IMG/VR virus record: IMGVR_UViG_3300030116_004023
DNA from: an uncultured virus (IMG/VR IMGVR_UViG_3300030116_004023)
Lineage: Duplodnaviria; Heunggongvirae; Uroviricota; Caudoviricetes
DNA length: 20,000 bases
Strand: one strand, 5' to 3'
Positions within the stretch are counted from its first letter, which is position 1, and each line of letters starts with the position of its first letter. Made by a program: the position numbers and the translations under genes. The notes under the pieces were generated by a model, which saw nothing but the letters and a program-made list of their open reading frames with translations, did no database searches and was not told the DNA's origin. Below are positions 9,190-17,658 of the stretch, one piece after another.

Positions 9190-9820
9190 GTGTAAATCCC
9201 TCCTTATGGGCTTTTCGCCTTGTGCTTGTTGTTTTTTTAGGTTTATAATGAGTAAACCCTTCTTTCCTTCGCTGTGCTGCTAGGTCTGTCTCACCCTTAA
9301 ATCTTCTTCCAGCACCCTCAAATCGTATTCGTCCTTTACCGTGACCACTAACACTTCTTTCTCTAGCACCCACACCCGAACCTCTAATTCTTTTCCTACC
9401 ACCACGAGCTTGATAAGTTTGCCCAAAATTTTCAGGTTTTACCCATCTATGTGATGTAGGGTCAAATCTAGCTCCTGCAAAGGGAGGAACAGACATTACC
9501 TTTTCAAGAAAAGTATTTGCTTGCACTGCATTTTTAACAGGTGTCCTTCTCATGTATGTGTCAGCACTGTCTCTTGTTTTAAAGAATTGCTGCATTTTTT
9601 CAATAGCGTCATCTTTTCTTAGTCTGCGACCTTTTTTTCTCATTGCTTGTTGTATTTGTCTTTCAAATTCTCTTTGTTGGGCTGGGGTAGGTTGTCCCAT
9701 TCCTCTGGTGACATCCCCACTTAAATACCAACCTGCCAAAGCAGCTAACTCTGGAGATATGCGTTTTTCAAGTTTGGTTGATTGCTCAGATTTTTTTAGC
9801 TGTTTAAAAATATTTTCCAT
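9167..9820 (-). CDS. Very basic Arg/Gly-rich protein, possible head-internal DNA-binding protein
   Basis: 217 aa; RGGRKRIRGSG...GHGKGRIRFEGAGRR; no SD, ATG 8 nt after an AGTATAATA motif. Confidence 0.7.
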   Translation of the reverse strand: MENIFKQLKKSEQSTKLEKRISPELAALAGWYLSGDVTRGMGQPTPAQQREFERQIQQAMRKKGRRLRKDDAIEKMQQFFKTRDSADTYMRRTPVKNAVQANTFLEKVMSVPPFAGARFDPTSHRWVKPENFGQTYQARGGRKRIRGSGVGARERSVSGHGKGRIRFEGAGRRFKGETDLAAQRRKEGFTHYKPKKTTSTRRKAHKEGFTHGKSKIK

Positions 9821-9828
9821 GATTATAT

Positions 9829-9837
9829 TATTATACT
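9829..9837 (-). promoter_or_regulatory. AGTATAATA motif (putative late promoter, near-leaderless mRNA)
   Basis: Motif is formed by the last codons and stop (CTA GTA TAA TA) of the 1395-aa gene. Confidence 0.7.
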
Positions 9838-12800
9838 AGTTTTTCTAGTCTTTCCAAAATGTCTTGGCGTTGTTTATGTAATAACTCGTCACTAGGCATT
9901 TGTTTTGCCATTCTGCCTGCTTGTCTTGCCGTACGGGCTACTCTTTTAGAATGTTTACGCTCAAAGTCTTCTCTATTTCCTAAACGTTTATCTGCTACAG
10001 TTTGACCGGCTTTTCTCCTATGATTTGAATGAGTAGGTGGTTTATTTGTTGCATTAAATCTGTTGTTAGAAGCTTCATAATAATTCCAACCATGATTTTC
10101 CATAGCGGTTCTAGCTCTTTGTTTATGGGATTGTGGAGCTTTTTTCTTTCTACTCCCATACAAGGGACCCGTGTTTGTTTTACCTGTTTTTCGATTTAGT
10201 GTTCTATTTACTTTACCTCTACGTTCTTGGGTACTGGGGTCTCGTAAAGCTGTTAGATATGTTTGTATTCTTTCCCACCCTTTTTCTCCGGGCTTAGTAG
10301 TTGTAGGTACACCATCATATTTTGCTGCTAACCATCTTGCTAAACCTTCAGGGTTTTCTATATCATCTGCTTTAAATAAATCACTGAATCTTTGTGACAT
10401 AGTTTTTCCGGGCTTCCTACGAAGTTCCGTACCTGTCTGTTCCCAAACTTTTGGGTTTGGTCTACTCCTTTGTCGTATGTTTCCTTTATCATCAATATCA
10501 GTATAGCTTATAGTATCTGGTTCTGTTGATACAAACTCTCTAAGTCTTTCACTTGCTGTTTTTCCCGCTTGTGAAACTTTGCCAGCTCCTTTTTTACCGG
10601 TGCCCGTAATTCTTCCTATTCCAGCTTTTCCTGCTTGGGCAACTTTACTAGCTCCAGTCTTTCCAGCTTCAGCAACTTTACCTGCTCCTGCAGCAGTAGC
10701 TCCAGCAACTTTACCCGCTCCAGCAGCGGTGGCTCCAGCAACTTTAGTAGCACCTTCTTTAGCAGCCCCAGCTGTGCCTCTCGCAACATCAGCACCAACA
10801 GATTCACTTACTTGTGTTTTCGCAGCTTTAGCTCCCTTAGCAGCAGCTCCTGCGACTCTACCAGCAGCTCTACCAACAGCTTTCCCAGCTCCTCCAACTG
10901 TTCCTGCAAACATTTCTCCGGCACCTACGGGAGATGGCGATGGGTCTGTAAACGCCCTTCCAACTTTCGCCCCAGTTTCTTTTATTTTTTTAGCTCCAGC
11001 AGTAGCGGCTCCTGCAACACCTTTAGCACCAGCAGCAACTCCTTTAGCTCCCGCAACAACACCTCTACCAACTGCTTTACCAGCATCAATTTCTGCTTGA
11101 CCTGCTGCACGGGCAGTGTCTATAATTGCTTCCCCATATTGTTGAGGTGTAACTTTACCCCCAAAAATAGATGGAGAACCCTCTGAATCGTCGACTTCAC
11201 GTCTGTCGTAAAACATACCCCCTTGAGGACCTTTATATGTTCTAACACCTTCGGGGGGTGTACCATAACCTCTAAATTCATTAGGTATATCACTACCTTC
11301 GTAATCTTCGTCCCCAGTAGCATCAGTACTTGTAGGTTTCTCTGGAGCTTCTTGTGTTTCTTTAGGACCGCCCCAAAATTTACCTTCTGGGTCTATTTCT
11401 CGTAGTTTAGCCACTGGACCATACTGGTTGAAGTGCCCTTTGTAATTTTTAGCTTCGTCACCTTTCAATCCTTGAAAGTCTGCTTCCAGTAAATTCATGT
11501 GTTCCTCTGAACCAAAATCAGTTACTTTCTGACCGGCTACTGTAAGTTCACCTTTATTTACAAATTCTGTGTATTGATTTTGAGCTTTTTTCGCATCTGC
11601 CCCAATTTCAATTAATTTAGCAGCAGCTGCGTCATATTTATCAGCCGTTGCCCGTGTTATTTTACCTGCCTTACTAATTTGATGTAAGTCTCCCATAAGT
11701 TTTTGATACATTAATGTACTTCTTCTTTTTTTAGCTACATCAGTTTGATTAGATTTACTTTCATATGGACCTACAGCATTTATATAATCCATTATATTTT
11801 TATCTAAAAAAGATTTTGAATTAATTATAGAGTCTACTCGTTTCTCAATTTTAGCATCAGCTTTTTGTTGGTTTAAGGTATCTTTTTCAGACTGTTTTTG
11901 TTCTTGGTCGTCAATTTTCTTCCCTTCTGTAGTCATTTTGTTGTGCTCATCTCTAAGTTTTTTTCGTAACTTATCAGCACCCATACTTCTTAGTTCTTCT
12001 TCAAAATCTTCTTTGCTTCCAAAAGGATTTGCTTGCTCACCAGTCCCATGAGTTTTAGCGTATAAATAATCAAATACACCGCTTTCTTTAGCTGTATTAA
12101 TTAAATCATCTTCAGGGGAAGTAGCTTCACTTTTGGTTTTAGCAGAATCTCCAGCTTGCTGTTTAGATTTATCTTTAGCTTGTTGGTTAGAGTCACCACC
12201 CGGAGGTGGGATATAATCTTCATCAGTAAATGTTCCCGACCCACTACCATTTGTATATCTCCATCCGGGTTCTTTATTATTTTCATCAGTGTAAGATTGT
12301 TCATAGTTACCATGCATAATTGGTAAATTATCTGGGTTAGATGGGTTACTGTCGCCCTCAAACTTTTCTCCTGCAGATATTCTGCCAGAAACAACATTAG
12401 CTTGGCTTGGTCCCTTACCTGAATTATTAGTAATTTCTACATAATCTTGAGCGTCTAATGGGGTTTGTAAGTTTTCCGGTTTTTTTAGTGCTTTATCTCC
12501 CATAAATGAAGGGGAGTATGCAGATACAAAAGTTTTAAAATCATTTTCTAAAGAAGCACTTTGATTTTTTAAATGTGATTGAAAAGAATTATTGTACCCA
12601 CTAAAAGAATATCCGTGTAGATGGCTATAATCATCATCTGTCATACTACCTGATTCAACTTTATCGGCAAGTTTTTCGATTAGTGAAGATTTATGTCCCT
12701 TATAGTCACTTTGATTTTGTCTTCGTTTTTGTTCTAAAATTATTCTATCTCCAGAAGATTTATAGTTATCTAAAACTTTTTGCCTTCTTTGGTTTCTTGC

Positions 12801-14018
12801 GGCTTCCTCTTCAGCTTCTTGCTGTTCACGTGTTTGAAATTCTAAGGGTTCACTTTCGCCTGAAGTTTTTTCAGTTTCTGTTTGTCCACCTGCAGGTTCG
12901 GGTTTTGATTCTACGCTTTCGGATGGGGCATCATCAGGGTCATGTTGCCTAAGTAAAGCTTCGTTCTCAGTAAAATCTGGTACTTCTGAAGCTATAGCAT
13001 TATCATAATTACTTATGTGTTCGTCAATGAGGGCTTCAGTTAAAGTCTTCTTACCCATGTCATTATAGTAGTCATCTAATGCACTTACTTCATCCATTAG
13101 ATTTTTACGAGTACTAATATTTTTATTAGTAAACCATTTTTTACTAGTTTCAGTATTTTCAAAAGTTCCATCGTCAACTAACTCTTGATGTTGTTCTTCA
13201 ACTTCTTTATCTGAAGGAGCTAAATTAATATATGTTTTAGGAAAATGTTTGTCATAATTGTCTTTCGTTAAATTAACATGGTTGAATGAAGAAGGTAAGT
13301 TAAAGTCCCCATGTTCGTTTGTTGCTAACACGTGGGCAAAGCCTAATGGTGATATCCGTTTACTATTACCCAAAAGATATCCATTTCTTCTTAATGTTTT
13401 CAGTCTTTGGTTATTACCTTCTACGGTCACAGGATTTTTCTGTAACAATGTTTGAAACACTTTTTCTTTTTCTTCAAGAGGTAATGAATAAACATGTTTA
13501 TTAATAGCATCCATCGCCTCATCTTCTGGACCAGTTAAAGTATCATCATCCCCTCTTAGAATATTATCTGTTAACGTAAATAAATTGTTTTTAAGATTTT
13601 GTTTTTGCTCTTCCGATAATTTTTTAATCCTACTGTCAGCAGCCCAACCTCTAGGAGGTTTATCCTTTGCATCTTGTCTAAACTTATCTGTATAGTTATT
13701 ATTAAATAAACTATTAAAAGCACTATTAAGGTCCGCATTTGAATAATCATCGGGACTTTTTAAAGGTTTCTGTTTTAATAAAACTATATCATCACTAGAT
13801 TTTTTCATCTGTTCTAAGTGATTAAATAAAGAATTGATTGGGGATTCGTCTGGGGTTGTTGCCATAGCTAAAGCTTTAGCATTGTTATCGTATTGACGAG
13901 CCCTGTAACTAGCTTCCATTCGAGCTGCTTGTTCTCTAGTCTGACCGGGCTTAATATCAAGCTCTGGGTCTTTTACTAAAGCGTTATAGAATTGTTCAAC
14001 TTTATTACTTGTAGTCAT
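9831..14018 (-). CDS. Giant low-complexity phage protein, probable head-internal/ejected protein
   Basis: 1395 aa; acidic disordered segments, PPEGVRTYKGPQGGMFYD motif, A/G/K 11-mer repeats, very basic C-terminus; no catalytic motif recognised. Confidence 0.75.
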   Translation of the reverse strand: MTTSNKVEQFYNALVKDPELDIKPGQTREQAARMEASYRARQYDNNAKALAMATTPDESPINSLFNHLEQMKKSSDDIVLLKQKPLKSPDDYSNADLNSAFNSLFNNNYTDKFRQDAKDKPPRGWAADSRIKKLSEEQKQNLKNNLFTLTDNILRGDDDTLTGPEDEAMDAINKHVYSLPLEEKEKVFQTLLQKNPVTVEGNNQRLKTLRRNGYLLGNSKRISPLGFAHVLATNEHGDFNLPSSFNHVNLTKDNYDKHFPKTYINLAPSDKEVEEQHQELVDDGTFENTETSKKWFTNKNISTRKNLMDEVSALDDYYNDMGKKTLTEALIDEHISNYDNAIASEVPDFTENEALLRQHDPDDAPSESVESKPEPAGGQTETEKTSGESEPLEFQTREQQEAEEEAARNQRRQKVLDNYKSSGDRIILEQKRRQNQSDYKGHKSSLIEKLADKVESGSMTDDDYSHLHGYSFSGYNNSFQSHLKNQSASLENDFKTFVSAYSPSFMGDKALKKPENLQTPLDAQDYVEITNNSGKGPSQANVVSGRISAGEKFEGDSNPSNPDNLPIMHGNYEQSYTDENNKEPGWRYTNGSGSGTFTDEDYIPPPGGDSNQQAKDKSKQQAGDSAKTKSEATSPEDDLINTAKESGVFDYLYAKTHGTGEQANPFGSKEDFEEELRSMGADKLRKKLRDEHNKMTTEGKKIDDQEQKQSEKDTLNQQKADAKIEKRVDSIINSKSFLDKNIMDYINAVGPYESKSNQTDVAKKRRSTLMYQKLMGDLHQISKAGKITRATADKYDAAAAKLIEIGADAKKAQNQYTEFVNKGELTVAGQKVTDFGSEEHMNLLEADFQGLKGDEAKNYKGHFNQYGPVAKLREIDPEGKFWGGPKETQEAPEKPTSTDATGDEDYEGSDIPNEFRGYGTPPEGVRTYKGPQGGMFYDRREVDDSEGSPSIFGGKVTPQQYGEAIIDTARAAGQAEIDAGKAVGRGVVAGAKGVAAGAKGVAGAATAGAKKIKETGAKVGRAFTDPSPSPVGAGEMFAGTVGGAGKAVGRAAGRVAGAAAKGAKAAKTQVSESVGADVARGTAGAAKEGATKVAGATAAGAGKVAGATAAGAGKVAEAGKTGASKVAQAGKAGIGRITGTGKKGAGKVSQAGKTASERLREFVSTEPDTISYTDIDDKGNIRQRSRPNPKVWEQTGTELRRKPGKTMSQRFSDLFKADDIENPEGLARWLAAKYDGVPTTTKPGEKGWERIQTYLTALRDPSTQERRGKVNRTLNRKTGKTNTGPLYGSRKKKAPQSHKQRARTAMENHGWNYYEASNNRFNATNKPPTHSNHRRKAGQTVADKRLGNREDFERKHSKRVARTARQAGRMAKQMPSDELLHKQRQDILERLEKLV
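10560..10770 (-). repeat. 33-nt (11-aa) degenerate tandem repeat, Ala/Gly/Lys-rich
   Basis: aacttt anchor at 10575, 10641, 10674, 10707, 10740; units ATKVAGATAAG / AGKVAGATAAG / AGKVAEAGKTG / ASKVAQAGKAG / IGRITGTGKKG / AGKVSQAGKTA. Confidence 0.85.
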
Positions 14019-14040
14019 AATAGTTTAATAGTATATAAAT

Positions 14041-14049
14041 TATTATACT
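14041..14049 (-). promoter_or_regulatory. AGTATAATA motif (putative late promoter)
   Basis: Directly after the nuclease stop, 22 nt upstream of the ATG of the 1395-aa gene (no SD). Confidence 0.7.
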
Positions 14050-14472
14050 TTAGCAATCCCAATTTACTTTAGGAGTGTTATCGTCTTTTTTATTTTCTAA
14101 CCACCATTTAGTTGTATTTTTTGTACCACCAAAATATTCGATGGCATGTCCTTCTTCAATAAGCAAATCGTTTAGATTTATCCCATCAGCATAAATAGTG
14201 CCCAAGATTCTTCCGTATTTTCCTCTGGCTTTTTTGTCAATTGCTGTACGGAGGGATAAAGTCTCACCTTTTTCCAAGAGCTCTTTAAGCCTAGCTTTCG
14301 CAGCAAGTCCATATTGTTTTTCCTCTAAGTCTCTAGTTCTAGATTCTGGTGTGTTTAAACCATACAATCTAATTCTTTGTTTTTTTAACATAACTGAAAA
14401 ACCTAAATCTAGGTGTACATCAATTGTGTCTCCGTCTACTACTCTGTCTAATTCAAATCTATATTCATACAT
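14050..14472 (-). CDS. Thermonuclease (staphylococcal nuclease, SNase-like) family protein
   Basis: Family motifs RVVDGDT, RIRLYGLNTPE, GKYGRILG, NDLLIEEGHA; no signal peptide. Confidence 0.92.
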   Translation of the reverse strand: MYEYRFELDRVVDGDTIDVHLDLGFSVMLKKQRIRLYGLNTPESRTRDLEEKQYGLAAKARLKELLEKGETLSLRTAIDKKARGKYGRILGTIYADGINLNDLLIEEGHAIEYFGGTKNTTKWWLENKKDDNTPKVNWDC

Positions 14473-14476
14473 AATT

Positions 14477-14815
14477 TTACCACTTTACCTTGTCTGCCCA
14501 ATATGCAGCACTCATCTTGCCTCGTTTTATATTTTTCTTGTGTCTGGCTTTAAAAGATTTTCTTCTAGCTTTTTCAGCCGGGGTGTCAGACTTTTTAGCT
14601 TTACCTTCACCGCTAACCCCCTTTTGTCCAAACCTAATCAGTTTTACTTTCTCACCCTCTTTCGCAAGTACCGCATGAGATTTCTTAGGGTGTTTGGGGG
14701 TTCTTTTGGGTTTGTTATAACCACTAAACGTTTCGTCTCCTCTTGTTATTGCTTTGAATATATTAAGAGCGTACTGCCTTGCGTTCATTTCGTCTAACCT
14801 TTTGTTCACAGACAT
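14477..14815 (-). CDS. Highly basic phage protein (GYNKPKRTP...IRFGQ...RRKSFKARH...SAAYWA type)
   Basis: 112 aa (true start may be ATG 14788); K/R-rich; motif pattern recalled from many tailed-phage hypothetical proteins. Confidence 0.75.
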   Translation of the reverse strand: MSVNKRLDEMNARQYALNIFKAITRGDETFSGYNKPKRTPKHPKKSHAVLAKEGEKVKLIRFGQKGVSGEGKAKKSDTPAEKARRKSFKARHKKNIKRGKMSAAYWADKVKW

Positions 14816-14888
14816 AACATATTTTATTGCCTGACTTTTTTCGTATTTTTATTCCACAAGTACACCTAAGCCATGTTCTTCTAGCCAT
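14763..14888 (-). CDS. 41-aa basic zinc-finger-like microprotein
   Basis: Not in track. MARRTWLRCTCGIKIRKKSGNKICYVCEQKVRRNERKAVRS; CxC..CxxC; ATG 2 nt after the upstream stop; fills the gap exactly. Confidence 0.65.
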   Translation of the reverse strand: MARRTWLRCTCGIKIRKKSGNKICYVCEQKVRRNERKAVRS

Positions 14889-14890
14889 GA

Positions 14891-16198
14891 CTACGGAGTA
14901 GTTGTTGCTGGTTCTGATATTGATACTTCTACGTTATCTGTAACATTCCAGTTAGCTCCTGTAACGCCAGCTTTTATTTCAAAGTCTTTAGTTGCAAAAC
15001 CATCTCCAGCACCTGTTTCATTTAGTTGTATAGTTAGTGTTCCAATATCCATTTGTCTTAGAATACAAGGTCCACCTTTTGTATAAATGTTTGATAGATG
15101 TAATTTACCAATTTTACCGTTTACAGCACTTGATGGTGCGTCAATCCAGATACGGTCATACAAACCTCCAGAGGTTACCATAGCTTCTGCTTGGTGATGT
15201 CCGCCACCTATACCCCTCATTCTAGCTGTTCCGGGGCTTGTATTGATAGATTGACCATCACTAGCATTACCAATTACATTTATTGTATGTGCCTTGATGT
15301 CGTCAAATTCTAATTTTTTACATCGGTTCTTTTCAAATATAAGTTCACCAATTTCTAGTCTAGTATTGGTGCCTCCTGATACATCGGTTCCTTCAATAAG
15401 CATTACCTCTGTTTTACCTGATGGTAGTGCAGAGTTATCATACACAGTACCCACAGATACATTTTCTATTTTTATTTCTCTAACAGGTGTAGAACCTAGA
15501 ACGATACGTAGTGTGTTGTCATCTTCATTATCTTCACGCCATTTCATAGTAGCTTCTAACGTTGGGTCTGGGGTATTGTGTGGGGCGGCATAAATACCAG
15601 CGTCACCATTAGAAAAACTTCTTTCTGCAAGAATTGTCTCGTTTACTACTACACCAGTACCAGCTGTACCACCAACAGCAATTAAACCTACAGCCATTTG
15701 TGGACTAAATCCCATCATTCTTAGGAAAGAGTAAGGAGATTTCATTACTTGAAAGGTTCTTCGCCATTTAGCTGATTCACTATTTAGGTAATCTATTTTT
15801 GTTAATAACCAATCTCTGCCGGCTTTTAATTTTCTGTACATAGCCATTGGAGAATTTGCTATAGCTCTAGGAGAGGCTTTTATAACTCGCCACCAATTTT
15901 TAAAGTTATTTACATGCAACATTAGTGCTAAAAATATTAGTACTGATGATAGAGCAGCAGATATAACTGGAGTTGCTTGCCAAGTTCTTATTTCTTGAAA
16001 AGCCTGTTCTCCTGTAATATACATACCTGCAAAACTAATTGGAAAATATTCTGCTATCCACGGGATAGGATTTATATACGATAAGAATAATCCCAGCCCA
16101 CCTGCTAATAACATAGACGCAGATAGAGTTCCAAAAAATATTTGGCTAGTTTTCTTTAAAATGTTTTTAAAGTTAAAGGTAGGTTTTGTTAATTTCAT
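14891..16198 (-). CDS. Hypothetical membrane protein with 2-3 hydrophobic segments and a beta-rich C-terminal domain
   Basis: Track start TTG 16210; ATG 16198 preferred because GGAGG lies 5 nt upstream; hydrophobic IFFGTLSASMLLAGGLGLFLSYI and VISAALSSVLIFLALMLHV. Confidence 0.75.
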   Translation of the reverse strand: MKLTKPTFNFKNILKKTSQIFFGTLSASMLLAGGLGLFLSYINPIPWIAEYFPISFAGMYITGEQAFQEIRTWQATPVISAALSSVLIFLALMLHVNNFKNWWRVIKASPRAIANSPMAMYRKLKAGRDWLLTKIDYLNSESAKWRRTFQVMKSPYSFLRMMGFSPQMAVGLIAVGGTAGTGVVVNETILAERSFSNGDAGIYAAPHNTPDPTLEATMKWREDNEDDNTLRIVLGSTPVREIKIENVSVGTVYDNSALPSGKTEVMLIEGTDVSGGTNTRLEIGELIFEKNRCKKLEFDDIKAHTINVIGNASDGQSINTSPGTARMRGIGGGHHQAEAMVTSGGLYDRIWIDAPSSAVNGKIGKLHLSNIYTKGGPCILRQMDIGTLTIQLNETGAGDGFATKDFEIKAGVTGANWNVTDNVEVSISEPATTTP

Positions 16199-16234
16199 AA
16201 AGTCCTCCAAAAACCTAATTAATATTAGTTACTT

Positions 16235-16243
16235 AATTATACT
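16235..16243 (-). promoter_or_regulatory. AGTATAATT (one-mismatch late motif) at the head of the minus-strand block
   Basis: CTAGTATAATT ~35 nt upstream of the first minus-strand gene. Confidence 0.6.
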
Positions 16244-16400
16244 AGTTAATAGAAGAAAATTATTAAAGTTAATTAATATATATATTTAATTAATATATTA
16301 TATATATACTGGACCCCCCGGACAGGGGTATTTTAATATATTATTAGAATTTTAAAAGTTGTCAATAGGTTATTTTATTGTTTTTTGCAATTTTATTAAC

Positions 16401-16429
16401 TTGAACTTTTTTTATTTTTATTGTATTAT
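16401..16429 (+). promoter_or_regulatory. Sigma70-like promoter for the plus-strand small-gene cluster
   Basis: TTGAAC (16401-16406), 17 nt, TATTAT (16424-16429); ATG at 16458. Confidence 0.55.
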
Positions 16430-16457
16430 ACATAATATATACTTACAAAAATACATT

Positions 16458-16739
16458 ATGCCTAGAAAAAAGAAAACAGAAAAAGTAGATAAAAGAACTG
16501 CAGACTATAAAGATTCTAAACTTGGTAAAGTTATTCGTATAACAACATCTTATTTAGTAGAAGTAGATGATAAAGATTTGGAAAATATAAAAAAATATAC
16601 TTTAGATAATTTTATATTGAATGACCTTAGAAGTAAAAGAAAATTTGTAGAGATAGGTAAAAGCGTTATGCGTAAAACTACGGAGTCTGTTTGGATGGCA
16701 GAAGAAAAGAAACAAGAACAGGAATTAGAAAATGGATAA
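16458..16739 (+). CDS. Hypothetical protein
   Basis: Start reassigned to ATG 16458 (MPRKKKTEKVDKR); the track's N-terminal extension is translated promoter DNA. Confidence 0.7.
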   Translation: MPRKKKTEKVDKRTADYKDSKLGKVIRITTSYLVEVDDKDLENIKKYTLDNFILNDLRSKRKFVEIGKSVMRKTTESVWMAEEKKQEQELENG

Positions 16740-16941
16740 TACAGACAGCGTTTGGAAAACATTTGTTGAATATAGAGATTTAGTCGGCACTGAGAGTAGG
16801 GCATTGGGACTAGATATATTTGGTACCGAGCAAGTTACTAATATGGCTATTAGCCTTACCCAAGCATATTATGTGAATGAACTAAATAAAAATATGAAGT
16901 CTTTGTTTGCAGCAGAGTCAGAAATAAAGGGGCAGTGTTAA
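16732..16941 (+). CDS. Hypothetical protein
   Basis: 69 aa; overlaps the upstream stop; its TAA overlaps the next ATG (TAATG). Confidence 0.65.
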   Translation: MDNTDSVWKTFVEYRDLVGTESRALGLDIFGTEQVTNMAISLTQAYYVNELNKNMKSLFAAESEIKGQC

Positions 16942-17129
16942 TGCAATGTCCTAGATGTACAAGTAACTCTTATGTTACTTTTTATGAACATGATGAACTA
17001 AAGTGTACAGCCTGTGGGCATGTTGGTTATAACATTCCAGAAGATGTGTTACAGGAATACCAAAAACACTATGGAGAGGTCGGTGAAGGAACTCATTACA
17101 TTAGGAAAAATTCAAAAAAGTACCACTAA
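16941..17129 (+). CDS. Zinc-ribbon protein (CPRC...CTAC)
   Basis: MQCPRC-x13-CTACG; ATG 16941 in a TAATG overlap, AAGGGG upstream. Confidence 0.7.
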   Translation: MQCPRCTSNSYVTFYEHDELKCTACGHVGYNIPEDVLQEYQKHYGEVGEGTHYIRKNSKKYH

Positions 17130-17134
17130 AAAAT

Positions 17135-17143
17135 AGTATAATA
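17135..17143 (+). promoter_or_regulatory. AGTATAATA motif; likely leaderless transcript of thioredoxin
   Basis: TAGTATAATAAAGTATG: TATAAT ends 5 nt before the ATG; no SD. Confidence 0.65.
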
Positions 17144-17147
17144 AAGT

Positions 17148-17462
17148 ATGGCTATAAATTTAACAGAAGAAAATTTTCATGATATTGTAAATAATTCAGA
17201 CGTGCCTGTAGTCATAGATTTTTGGGCTGATTGGTGTGGACCATGTAAAGTGATTGCACCAACCGTAGAAGAAATTTCCCAGAAAAATGTTGGGAAACTT
17301 GTAGTAGGAAAAGTTGATATAGATGCTAACCCAAACTTAGCTGAACAATATCAAGTCCGGTCAATCCCAACAATTATAGTTTTTATTGATGGGACACCTA
17401 CAGATATGATAGTAGGACCCAACAAGGCAGGTTTAGAAAATAAAATAAAAGATTTAGTATAA
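17148..17462 (+). CDS. trxA: Thioredoxin
   Basis: IDFWADWCGPCK active site, KVDID, cis-Pro motif VRSIPT, 104 aa. Confidence 0.97.
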   Translation: MAINLTEENFHDIVNNSDVPVVIDFWADWCGPCKVIAPTVEEISQKNVGKLVVGKVDIDANPNLAEQYQVRSIPTIIVFIDGTPTDMIVGPNKAGLENKIKDLV

Positions 17463-17463
17463 A

Positions 17464-17658
17464 ATGCCTATATACAAGTTTAAATGTAAATCTTGTGGGA
17501 TTGATGATGTAAAACAATTTCTATATAGGTATAACGATAAAACTAAACATATAGATTTAAAAGTCTGTGCGGCTTGCAGTAACCCTGTAGAAAGGGTTTG
17601 GGGTAATCCACCAGACAGTTGGTATAGGAGCATACAAGGTAGGGGACAAAATGAATGA
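17464..17658 (+). CDS. FmdB-like zinc-ribbon protein
   Basis: MPIYKFKCKSCG...CAACSNPVERVW matches the MP-x-Y-x-(Y/F)-x-CxxCG...CxxC pattern. Confidence 0.7.
   Translation: MPIYKFKCKSCGIDDVKQFLYRYNDKTKHIDLKVCAACSNPVERVWGNPPDSWYRSIQGRGQNE

Noticed and set aside
10560..10770. CRISPR array
   Set aside because: 33-nt period is an in-frame degenerate coding repeat with no unique spacers
9552..15593. Overlapping ORFs within the giant protein, nuclease and membrane protein genes (e.g. 10579..11100, 10635..11186, 14198..14797)
   Set aside because: Shadow or alternative frames generated by low-complexity repeats and codon bias
16359..16457. N-terminal extension of the 126-aa ORF
   Set aside because: F/Y/I-rich translation of T-rich promoter DNA; ATG 16458 is the better start
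17455..17466. AGTATAAAA at the thioredoxin stop as another late motif
   Set aside because: Lacks the conserved final T of TATAAT and is too close to the next ATG; stop-start coupling explains it
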